This document shows positions 29,491-41,490 of a stretch of DNA of 64,000 nt, piece by piece. Numbering within the stretch: the stretch's first letter is position 1; the number at the start of each line of letters is the position of its first letter. Both the position numbers and the translations under genes were made by a program. The stretch is from NCBI GenBank assembly GCA_051362555.1, contig CM120640.1, positions 45,114,788-45,178,787 of the forward strand. The letters run 5' to 3'. The notes under the pieces are model-generated. The model had not been told where the DNA came from, searched no databases, and was given only the letters and a program-made list of their open reading frames with translations. The DNA comes from Lingula anatina. Lineage: Eukaryota > Animalia > Brachiopoda.

Positions 29491-30103
29491 AGTCTGTGTT
29501 TATTTTGAACTTAATTTGTTCTGAATGTAAATATTTTTATTTTTAATTTTTATTTGAACACATATATTTGTATAACTTCAACCTTTTGGTTAAAATGATT
29601 TTAAATAAACTTCTTATTATGTCATTTCTTTGTTTTTGTGATGTTTTTATATGTGTTAGTGTTATAGTTTGCAAGTCCTTGCTCTGTGGGCAATTTTATT
29701 TATTTATTTGGTCATGGCCAGCAAACATTTCCCTAAGCTATTCAGGTCAAAGGCCAAGGTCATTGGTCTATTGTTGTCACTGTCCCACACATAATGGTCG
29801 CCCAGTAACTGCCAAACTGTATTTTTTGTTTGACTTTAAATTTACTGAGTGGCTTTGTTTGGTAAAGAGGCAGGTTGCCCCTAGAAAAAAGTAATATAGC
29901 CTCAGTATTATGTCCAGTTGCATGTGCTCAGTCAAGGAGCTGCAGGGCTTTTGTCACATTTGTGACAAATTCAAGTTTTGCTTTAGGTAAAGTGGAGGTT
30001 AACTGTTTAAAACTGCGCCTCTTACGTGGATAGCTGTAGATGAATTTCACTGGTCACTGAAAAAGGTTTCTCTAATTGATTCTCTCAAGAAACATTTACT
30101 CTA

Positions 30104-30139
30104 AGCTAAGATCTAATAAACGTATATTAGATCTTAGCT
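30104..30139. mobile_element. 36-bp palindromic mini-MITE
   Basis: agctaagatctaata (30104-18) / tattagatcttagct (30125-39) perfect 15-bp inverted repeat, flanked by CTA on both sides. Confidence 0.75.
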
Positions 30140-30142
30140 CTA

Positions 30143-30297
30143 AGCAAGAAGATGTAAAGAGAAGGAGTAGAAACGGGACATCAATTATCTCTCTCGTCCA
30201 ATCAGATCGCAACATTCTTTTCGAAGTGACGTCCTTTGAAATTCGATCCTCATAAGTGGTCTAAACCTCTGCGTGACTCTCTTTACAGCTTCTTGCT
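30143..30297. mobile_element. 155-bp MITE, PIF/Harbinger-like
   Basis: TIRs agcaagaagatgtaaagaga / tctctttacagcttcttgct (1 mismatch), 3-bp CTA duplication, CpG-rich interior in a CpG-poor background. Confidence 0.75.
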
Positions 30298-32769
30298 CTA
30301 AGGCAGAGAGAGACCTTTCAGGCCTGTTTCTAGTGTTATTGTGATGGCTTAACTCACCCAGTGATTACCATTTCTATCCAGAAGTTAAATCTATTCCTGC
30401 TGCTGCCTGGTGAATATTCATTGAAACTGAGGACGTCTTCCCATGGTTATGTGCACTTATTGTAATTACACAGTTTGCTGAAAGAAGTACAGCATCTATA
30501 TTTTATCATTTAAGTCAAAGTTACAGTCTGTGACAAAATCTTTTTAGGCTACTAGCCTCCCAGGCAATCAGGGTCTAGTGAGCTAGTGTTATATGAAAAT
30601 TGAAAAATTTTTTTTACCAGCCTGTTGTAGGTGGGTAATTGCCTAGGGCTAGTGCCTAATGGAACTGACTGGAGTGAGAAAAGAAATAAGTGCCACTGAA
30701 TAATATGATCTAATCATTATAAGTTTATGAACACTGACTATGAATATCAGATGTGTATAATTTATTTAAAAAAACATTTTATGATGCAGAGAGAAAAATC
30801 TCTGTATACCTGTAAAGGAATTGGTGGTCCATATGGCCCTGTCCTGCACAGGGTTGAAGGTTAACTTGCATTCATTAATAATATTCATAAATTAAAAAAG
30901 CAGATTGTATGTTGGAACCCATCTGCTTTGTAATCCCAGAGTTAAGCATTCAGCAAAATGATGAAGGATAAGATAGGTTCTCCAGTATGAAACAGACCTT
31001 AAATAACACTCAAACCATTCACTTCCTGCAGTTTGTCTTAAAATGGCTTTAGATAGCCCAGTGCTAGACAGGGCCAATGGTTTTCTTACTTTATTTCCTA
31101 AAACCAACCCCTGATATTGTGTTTGTTGAGAAGTCACAATCATGGCTGGTTGAGGCATGACTACCACAATCAGCCTCAAGCTCTTTCTTTTAAATGATAA
31201 AACTTCAATAAACATTTGGATATTTTACCAAGTTTATTATTTATTTGAGTATGGAATGTACATAATCATTGCCAGAAATAAGGAGTAAAGTTGAATTGAT
31301 TGATTTTTGCACTTAATTTCTATTCAGAGAAATCAATCTTTAAAAGTTACAAGGCCTCAATATTGAATGAAATCTTTGTCTCTTTAACCAGTCTTTACAG
31401 GGTTTCCTCTTGAATTCCTTGTTGTTATCTCTGGCAGTTCGTAGATAATTTTAGAGATGTCCCCAAACTGCCACAATTATCCATCTGTCATATCAGAAAA
31501 AATTGTTAGTAAATGAAATTTTCATATAATGGTACAGAATTGATAAGTAAAACCTCTGCATGTACCAAGTGTAAAGGTTTTTAAATTTCTCTTGTTTAAT
31601 GATGAAAAAAATACTTTTTCCAAAGATACTATATACAAACATGTATGAGTCATTTTGTGGCATTTTGCAATCCTGTTAACTACCGTTTTCTTAAACACAA
31701 TAAATTTTAGGTATCTGAAGTTTTGTTATATATTGGAATATTTGTGTCTCAAAGTTGTAGTGATATTCCTTCTCACTAGGCAATTTTTATATATACAGAC
31801 ACTTAGTTTTTATTAAGGGTCTATATGTTTGCCACTTTCACTATCCAGCTTTATATTTTCACACACTTGTCATATCCTAATTTTCATAAAAATCATACAA
31901 ACACTAATTTTTTATCGTAATTTTACCAGTGTCTGCTTATCTACACAGTCTTCTTCCCCACCCAAAAATATACTCAACAAACATAAGTGTAATAGCAAAA
32001 TTAAAATGTTCAGAATTTCTTTTGATATCTGTATGAATATTTTCTTTTACATAGACAAATATAACCACTAGATGTCTTCCTTAACATTTTATTCTGGTGG
32101 TTTGTTTACCCAAGTGCTTTCATCTAGGCATAAAATATGCGCTGATTATCAAATTTCAAGCAGGCCAGCTGTTGAAAAATCATTGAAGAATCCTTCAACA
32201 TACATTTTGCATTAGAAATATGGCATTTTAAGCATTGTTAATTTCATGGTTATTTCTTAACTTCATCCTACCTGTGGATATAATGCCCACATTGTCTTCC
32301 ATTTCCAAAAGAGAAAGTATTTATATTTTTTCTGCAACAGATAAATACATCTTGTCACTTACCTGTCATGCAGACACTGCTGTAATTTTTTGTTGTTGTT
32401 GTTGTTGTTTTTGTTGTTGTTGTTGATCTTTTGCTGGTTCAGTACCAAAGTAAAGATTTGACTTGATTGATTCCAGATGGAAAGCATACTTTTATACCTA
32501 GGTAACTGCATATATTATTATTATTAATGTGTGTCGCTAAAATGATTGATTCCTCATTTCAACCAATAAGATGGTCAGATTTGGGGTCATGAGTCACAGC
32601 GAAGTTTCCAGAACTTGCAAATCATAATCATGGGTTAGACTACTCATCAAACTAGATGCCATAAAAAGCTGGCTTATTTAACAGGCTTAGTAGAAATTCA
32701 CCAAAACTCTTAATTTTTGGTAATATGATAAAATAAAGATGATATTTCTGTTTTTTTTGCTTGTTTTAG

Positions 32770-33831
32770 GCATGGTTTTGGGGACTGCAGAAAACCATTA
32801 TTACCGTCAGCTGAACTCATTGAATCCATAGTTCATGAGCAGATGGTTGCTTTAGTAAGTTAAAAATAGAAACCCTGTTGAGTTCTTTGTTCATCGCCTT
32901 TTCTAAATGAATGCAAGATAACTGTACAAATGTCAGTTCATTTTTTTTCTAACCCCTGATCAACACCCAATTCTTAAACCTTTTTGAAAAAAAAATGCTT
33001 CCTCAGCCTTGGTATTATTTGTGATGATTTAAAGTGCACAATTTTTCAACACATTTTCATCATAGCTGTGTTGTGTTAGTACTGAAGAGTGAATTGAAAA
33101 TATTAATTATTTGATATTAAAAAAGGAGCCTTGTTTATCACATACAATGTTTTATTGAATAAAAATTGAATTAAAAAAAATAAAGCTTAGAATATTTTTA
33201 ACTATTTTTTGTTCATTTTGTGCAGCTCATCCAAGCATCAGAGGTCAATGCCATGAAAAATGGGAGGTATCTAGGGTTAGAAGATTTGCTTTTCATAATG
33301 AGGAAAAGTAAGGTAAAGCTATGATTACATTTAGTTATACAGATACGTATACAAGTGTGTGTATGTGCATGCACATGTGTCTGTCCATGTCACCATTATC
33401 TCTGTTTGACACATTTGTTCACCCTATAACTACCAAATGGCAATTTTATATTGCATCAAAATTAGAGGGAGGTTTTGCTTGACTTGCAGATTTCCTGTTT
33501 ACAGATTTACTGCAAGTCAAGGTCTGAAATCAGCCTTAATCAAACATTTTTACCAACCTGAAGCTCTTGCATTCTGCATATATTTATTTTGCATATATTT
33601 TTTATCAGTTATCTACTAAACTATATTTTTGTATTACTTACAATAGCCTTGTTTGGTAAAAAAAAGATTAAAGCAGATCAAGTTTTAAAAGCAACATGAT
33701 CTTATTTTGATGAAAGTTATTACTTTTTTTGTAAAATAAATGAAATACATTTCTGAAGTGTTTGTCCCATAACTTCACATTCTACTATTGTTTTACTTAA
33801 TTTATTTAGGAGGTTTTATTTTGGTGTTCAG

Positions 33832-33868
<37 letters not shown>

Positions 33869-36800
33869 TTTACAATTGCAGAGCAAGCTACGAAGATTGA
33901 TACGTTACTTAGAGTTAAAAGATCTCAAGGCAGCTGCATTGAAGGGGACCTCCATTGATGAGGATGAAAATGGAGAGCAAGGCAAGATGCTACTTAAGTC
34001 AAAACTAATTTACCACAAACGAATATTTCAAACAATTATCTATGGGGAATTCAGGCTAAATCATACATTGATATATCTTTAAAGGTCAACTTAAGTTCAA
34101 AATGATCTTTTATGTTGTTTTCATTTTTTTCAAGACACACTTATCATTATATATGTTATGTGTCAGGGGTGTAAGCAGCCTTTTAAAATTGTATGCACAG
34201 ATTTTCAAAATTCCCAGGTACGGCTAAAAGTAGACTTACGCAAACAGAAAAAGGGCAGAATAAATTAAATGTGCCAATTATCATAGTTCACTTTTCAACA
34301 GTAATAAAATCATTAGTTAAAGTTAAATACATTCCGCCGATTTAATTAAGTTCCATTACATTATTTCACCCAGAACCAAAGCTTTTTCCAGGATTGGGGT
34401 ACAGGTTGTCCAAAATGGTGGTGGTGGTGAGGGGGGCGGGGGGATGAAATGAAAAAATATTTTTTTTAAAATAATAATTTTCAATGGGGAGGGAGGGTTA
34501 AAAACAATTGATAACGATCTTCTGCTGACGCTCTTTTGCAAACGAAAGCCATTGAACGAATATGAGAATTTCTTTCTCGTTTCGCTTGGATTGCAAAGAT
34601 CTCCCGCTGACGATACGAAAATTGTGTTCTCGTCTCGCTCTTTGGCTAACGAAGTCTCTTTAACAGATATGAAAATTGCCTCCTCGTCTCTCTCGGATTG
34701 CAAACAATCTCTTGTTGCAATTTTGAAAATTGCCTTTTTGTCTATCAGCTTCATCAGGTGCCGTACATATGAAGGTCCGGAAGGTGTCCCCTTTCATAAT
34801 TTGGCAGTTAGTTTGCTAAGAGTTCGTTTAGGGCCTACCGGTAAATGTGTTTTGTACCGCATGAAGGTCACTCTTGTCACTGCTGCATATGGCCTGGAAT
34901 ATGTATTTTAAAGTTAGTGGAAACATTTTGTTGTTTTTTGTAAGCTTAAGGAAGTTGTTTCGTTGTGACTGAATAACAGCGTGCACTACAAAGTAGGGGA
35001 GACTGGGGCTAGTTGGACCCCGGGGTAAGTTGGACCCCCATCAAGTCTCTATAATAAAGTTACTTTAAGATGCTTAATTATTTCATTTGTAATCACTGCC
35101 GATGCTTTCTTAGCACTATTGGATACGGTCACTTTACAAAATGATGTGATCAATTCTTTTACCCCATAGTTATTTTGTCATAAATTAATGAGGGGCCAAC
35201 TTACCCCAGGGTCCAACTAGCCCCAGTCTCCCCAAGTACCATTCAACTGTGACGTATCACAAAGTTGGGAACGTGAAATTACTCTAAGAAAATTTCGTAC
35301 TTCATCCACGGCCGCTCTGCCAAGCTAAGACGTCATTTTTTAAAAACAATTGGTAAGCTGTCTAGACATCTTTGAAAATATAGACCGTCCGATGATGTCA
35401 GCGACCATCCAAATGAAGGCTGGACGGTTCGTTGGGTAAAGCCTTGCTCATAATGGTATATTTGTTTAACTAGGGGCTTACTGACACACTTTGGGCACTT
35501 ATGCAGGTTGTGCCTGCTTGTATCGAGCTAAATTCTGAATAATGGTGCGGTACTGCTGTTCGATGTGGTTTGCTACAGTTATCCTGAATTCTCAGAAAAT
35601 AATCTGAAAAACAACTGATCGTTGTACTATTAATATGCCTACTTGCTATCCACTTTGTGATTTCCATGGTTAGCTTCTCAAATTTGAACTTATATATGGT
35701 TTCACGCAGCTTACATGCGGGTGCATGGCTCCCAAAATCGACCAATTATATTACAGGATAAAGTTCTGATATATCTAAGTTTAATTATTTGTTTGTAATT
35801 ATAAATATTGCCCATGCCACCCTGTTAATTTGGAGGGTTAAGCTGGATCAAGTCTGTGTCAAAATTCTTGGAAGTTTTGCTGGAAAAATCAATCTTCTTT
35901 TGTTTCTCTAGTTCCTTGTATAGCCCGATGTTCAGATTTTATCTAGTTAAACAGCAGTCTTGACTTTGGTTGATACACATGAATTGATGGAGAAATAAAT
36001 GCTATAAAGTAGGTTTTGAGTGAATATATATGTAGGCAGCACTGATCATTGAAAAACTGTTAAACCTATATGCAACAGCTTTGGAAAGAAAATTAACAAA
36101 ATATTCCATAAACAGTATTATTTTTATTATAAAAGATATGTATTCGAAATAACTTTTTTCTATTTGCAGAATTGAAAGCTGCTAGGAAAAGGAGAAAAGT
36201 GTGCTATGATTTTTTGAGCACAATTGACCAAACAGGTAACAAAATATTTGAAAAAATATGAATACTGAAGATTGAAGTACTTTGTATGGCAAATTATTTA
36301 ATACAATACCAGGCACTTCTCTTCAATGTCTGCAAAACAAAATATCATGGTTTCAGACACATTAGTTTCAAACATGTGAGTTGCACGCCGAATTTATTTC
36401 TGATATGAAATTTGAGGCAAGACAACATCTAGGATATTGGAAATGTGTCCAAAAAAGGAAATGAAAAAGGTAGGTTGCCACAGTAATAAAATATGCCTTT
36501 TAACAAAGATTATATGGAAGTGAATGGTATGAGCATATCTACGTAGATATTTTATGAAAGTGTCCTTTTTTTTTCAGGTGAACTCTTAGCCCTTTTTGAT
36601 GATGAAAGTCCAGATGAGGTCAAAGTGGAAAGAGCTTTGGTATGCCTTTGATTATATCCCTCCTAGCTTAAGTTGTTCTGTTCAATGGTCTGTCAACCAT
36701 TTGTGGCCCAAATTTTGTTTGGCCATCTTCTCCTAATGTTTTTTATATGCAAAGGCTGTAAAATTGTGAACAGTGTAAAACAGACTTAATTCTTTAAGAC

Positions 36801-37316
36801 TGCCCTATTGTTCAGGTGAAAACTGCTAAAGATTTTTTTGTGTACAGATGAAACAATAAATGCATTACCAACACATGTTTAGTTTTAATGGAGTAAAATA
36901 ATTTTTCCCAATTTTTTTTCATCATCATCAGCCGGATCCTCTGCATATCAAAGATTGTTGGCATACTCCATTGTGTGAAAATGGTCAAAATAAAAGCAAT
37001 TGTAAGCATGAGCATTATTTTAGTGTATTGTTTTTCAGAGGGCAGAACTGCAGACTCGACACATGGACCCCAACCAATACATGCAGTACTGTGAAGCAAG
37101 GCAGGTCAGCTTCAGTGAGTAGGCTTGTCAATTTTACTTGTTCTTTTGTCATGAATGAAATCGAATTAATGAAACACTCAGAACTGTAGTCACATTTGTT
37201 TCTTATAGACACCAGTTTTGATTCTGTTTGTAGTAGTATATTTGGCAATATTTTAACAAATGTTGATTTTATGCCTCATCCAAATTCACTTGGTGCAGGG
37301 AGTCAGACCTTAAAGT

Positions 37317-37371
<55 letters not shown>

Positions 37372-37765
37372 TTCAACTGTGTTGTCTGAATAAAGATTTC
37401 CTTTTAAATATTTCTTCCCACATACTGTAGGTCAAAAGTACAAGTCTCAAAAGTTCAAGGACTGGTTGCTGTCTGGGGTCCCAGGAAATCTCAAGCCTAA
37501 TCCACTGGCCTTGGAAGCTCTGGCTTACCTGGCCTATGAATGCATTGCACAGGTACTTGAGAAATATACTATACTAGTCTCAAACAGAACCCTTGTCTTA
37601 TTTAGCTGATTTATTAATTTCACAGTTAAGATGTCTTTGCAAAAAGTTTGTAATTGTGTAAGATTTTAGAAAGAGTGGTGAGCTGTAGTCTGAAAATGAT
37701 CTCAGTATTAATAAAGTTTAACCATGTTATACCCAGTGGCCTATTGCTATGGAGGACTATTACTT

Positions 37766-37812
<47 letters not shown>

Positions 37813-39355
37813 TAAATTTCAGATAAGTATAAACTGAAATGACCAGATCTTTATTGATGTTTTTATGCTGATCTTACACATTGAAAGACAGTTCAGGAGT
37901 CAGCTTTAAAATAGTATTTTTGTCATTAAAAAATTCTGCATCATGTGTAAATTCTTCCAGATTGTTGATCTGGCTTTGCTGGTGAAGAGAGACAAGCAAG
38001 CAGAGGTAGACAACCCATTCAACCAGCTGATGCCTAGTTCAGTGTTGAATTATGATCCAACACCACTCATGTTACAACTTCACAGTGCTGCCTTAGCACT
38101 GAAGTCTCCGCCTTCCACTGGCCCTGTCTCTCCATCAGCTGTAAGTGCATAGATTTGTATTAATATTGAAGACGGCCATTATACAGATTACCAGTTGTAC
38201 TCTAGATCTACTTATAAATAAGTGATGTACACAATGTGAACGTGTTTACCTCAAAAAAAGAATGTTATGTACAAAAATGTATTTTCATCCTGTATTGCAG
38301 TGTGTGTGCCTGTGTGTGTTTAATTACATTTATTTGCTAATTTTGATTTATTTAATTCCAATTTATGTTCTAGACCCCTCCATCTACCCCCTCCACCCCC
38401 TCTAACCCTCTTGGACTGAGTGGGAGCACTATAGGGACAGTTGGGACCCCTGGCTCTGGGGGCAGCAGCACAGTCTCCAATATACAAACAAAGTCTAGGA
38501 GTAAGAAGAGAAACAAGGTAAAAAAATAGGTTTTCTTCTGCTTTATCTAAATCCAAGGTTGCCATTTCTGCACATTTGAAAAGATGTTGAAGTATACAGT
38601 GCAATAGAACAATTAAATTGCCAATTTACTGGTTCCTTCAGTATGTGTATATCAGACTTACGCAGGGTTATTTGACATAAGTGCCTTACCTAAAAATAAT
38701 GTAGCAAGTCTGATATGCACTATATTGGATTAAAAATGAAAAAAGTAAGAAATATTATTGTGTTTTTAACCAATCAAATAACAGGGCTTTTGTACAATAA
38801 ATGATAAATACTATGAAGTTCTTAGTAATTTTTTCTATTTAGAGTGGCAGTTCCCCTAGTGTTGTGGATGTTTCAAGTCAAGCAATTCAGCCAGCTGATA
38901 TCAGAGAGGCATTAAGAAGATATGGCCAGGCCATAGGGGTCTTCAACACATTTTCTGTAAGATTTTTTTTCTTCTTTTTCCCCCCTTTTTTTCTTTGCAT
39001 TATTTTATTTATATAAGTGCAACTTCAAGGTTTGGGATCTTTAGAAAAAGGTTAAGTATAGGACCAGTAGGTTTTGCGATTTTGGATATGTTGATGTTTT
39101 AAAAGAGTTGTGGTAGGGAGAGTGTGTTAAGAACATGCATGAAGTGTTTTTCTCAGAACTTAATTATATTTCAATACTTTCACTTTTTCCCTTTCCTTTT
39201 TTATGTATAACAACTGAAAATGAATGCTTATTGCTGATTTTTTTAACGGAACTTGCTAGTATTTTATCATGTTGAATTTAACTGAAGATTATTTTTTTCT
39301 TCTTTTTTAGAAAAACCGACACCCTTCACCGAGAGATGTTTTGTTATGCTGTTAG
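32770..39355 (+). CDS. SUPT3H: Transcription initiation protein SPT3 homolog (SAGA subunit), 5'-partial; exons join(32770-32854,33226-33312,33882-33981,36170-36235,36578-36639,37039-37114,37431-37552,37961-38140,38374-38517,38843-38956,39311-39355)
   Basis: Spliced translation (M)HGFGDCRKPLLPSAELIESIVHEQMVAL / LIQASEV...GLEDLLFIMRKSK / SKLRRLIRYL... / RKRRKVCYDFLSTIDQTG / ELLALFDDE... / RAELQTRHMD...YCEARQVSF / KFKDWL...LEALAYLAYECIAQ / IVDLALLVK... / AIQPADIREALRRY... / LLCC* is collinear with human SUPT3H as I recall it ([69 protein letters not shown]). All acceptors are AG and phases are consistent; one donor is GC. The first coding exon was not found in the window. Confidence 0.96.
33833..33864. 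repeat. (TA)n microsatellite just upstream of a SUPT3H splice acceptor
   Basis: Directly visible. Confidence 0.95.
34996..35233. mobile_element. 238-bp MITE in a SUPT3H intron
   Basis: TIRs ggggagactggggctagttggaccc / gggtccaactagccccagtctcccc with subterminal ggggtaagttgg repeat; AAGTA directly repeated at 34991-95 and 35234-38. Confidence 0.9.
37316..37372. repeat. (TTTA)n microsatellite
   Basis: Directly visible; a second array lies at 52294-52353. Confidence 0.95.
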
Positions 39356-39660
39356 CGCAGTATCACATGCATATCCAGGCTTCAGGATTTTTCACAGACA
39401 CCAAAGTTGTATAATTTTGCAGTATGTTTTTGTATCATAATGACATTCAACAAACAAAATAACTTGTGGTTTTGGTTGTCTGTCACTTTTGATTTCCAGT
39501 TTTATGAGAAAGCAGTTTTAAGGCTTTTTACTCATACTCTTGTAATTATATTTTCCAAACTATTTCTAGGTTTGCTTATGGAATAACTGTTCGACACATA
39601 TTGATTAAGTTACATGTTCATAACTGCTGTGTCACAAGTTTGATAAAAAGTTTGGAGACA

Positions 39661-39666
39661 AATAAA
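39661..39666 (+). terminator. Candidate polyadenylation signal of SUPT3H
   Basis: First AATAAA about 300 nt after the stop codon, followed by T/GT-rich sequence. Confidence 0.5.
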
Positions 39667-41490
39667 TGTCCTTACAAAATTGGGCATTAGATATTACCTT
39701 TTCTTGTGTTATGACAAATATTATCGATACATTATTGCAGTTCACTATAGCATATTGAATTGACATTTTGTCACTATTCTTTCTACTTTTTCTTTTTGTA
39801 TAGTAATTTTTTTAATATCAAATTTGGCAACATGTCACAATTTATCAAATTGAAGAAACTGATTTATTTTATTTTTGAAAGCAATTTCCTGCTGTAAGGA
39901 ACTACAGTAAGACTGGGTGATTTAAGCTTTACAGTTCTTGATTTTGCACCCACGTGGGCTGACAACTGTAGTTTTACTTGGTGGTAGAAACGTGGCGCTC
40001 CCAGCACAGTGAACCTCCTAATCATTCAATGTTTAGCCACTAGTTGTGGTACCATTTTCAACAGTATCAAAACTATAAATCTCTCACAATGATATTTAGA
40101 TTTTTATGTGTCTGTATATCTGTAAAAATGCTATTTACAACACTGAGTCTGGAAATGTTCCTTGTTTTGTCAAACAGACAATTCCTAAAATAAATTGCAA
40201 GTCAAATTAAATTTATTCCATGCCGTATAGGTTTGTTCCTAGGCCAAATTTATCTTGCTTATCTATGTCCAATTTCATATAATCCTGCCATTTTATGTGG
40301 AAACGGACGTACGCATACGCAGGCACACGCGCACTCGCACGCACTGCAGATCAATAAAAATTGTGCATCCTGTAACTTATTTCCAAAGCATACTTTTGAC
40401 AAACAGATCGACAGGGGGCAAATTATAACTGTTTCCATTGTAAAAGCGTAGCTTAAACTCGTGTCTGTTATTGTCAATTTTCTTATTTTTCTGTTCATAA
40501 TTGATATCCAGGAGGACGACCAAATTTGTTCAAGAGACATAAAATATGCCTTGCTATGGATCAAAATTTCAAGTAAATTTTCAAAAACCAAATTTGTAAA
40601 TTTATTCAAATTGAATTTATGAATGTGGGTTAGCGGAATTTTTTAGACGAATTCTTTTAGCAGGTGAAAAATTTTAAATGCTCAAATTCCATTATTTTCA
40701 AAATACTGGACATACTGGTATTTACAAGGCTTTTAATCCATTTTAATTTGAATATTTGTACCGTGGCATATTGTTAATCCGAAAAACAGTAAGACAATAT
40801 TTACAAATCAGAGTAAGGTAGTTGAATTGTGAAGTGCCAAAACAGATACATGTGTCATATGTTTGTATTCTTACTCATTTCCACTTATTATTACTATCTT
40901 TATCATCATTATTTCATATCTGTCTAATCAAAGTGAAAAGAAAACTGGAATTACAAGAGCGTTTATTCAGTTGCCATATAACAGATGCATGAATATGCGC
41001 AGGGTTCCTGAGAATGAACCAAAGGCTAGGTTGTTAGAAGGCCCATGTTGTGCCGTGTCTCGGTAGGCTTCTGAAATGAGGAAGCAATGTTTGCAATATT
41101 GACCAAGCGGACAGGCTCACAAAATACGGCAAATGCATTTCATATCACAGGGCAGAGAGAGCACTCTCAAATGAAATGATTTGAGAGTCAATATCTTCTC
41201 GGTGGAAGTCACATGATTCCTTTCTCATTGAATATTAAAGCTATTTGGATCAGGTTACATGTACATTCATTCTCAATATATAGGCCCGTTTGAAAAAAGA
41301 CAGAAAAGTGAAAAACGAAGTTAAAGATAAAGTTGCCTACTCTTCTCTTTCTAAATCTCTGGTTTACAGAAAGTGAAATCTGGCTTTTTATGAATCATTG
41401 AAAATTTTAAAATACATGTCTTGGGAGTACGGGGACGAAGAAACAAAGGTTTAGCTTACTTCGGTAACGAAAGTTATAGTTAAAACAGCC

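Noticed and set aside
34356-34911. 132-aa and 119-aa ORFs in a SUPT3H intron
   Set aside because: They derive from short internal repeats (cgtctcgctc-like) of a CpG-rich insertion starting cagggg at ~34164; no transposase motifs are visible.
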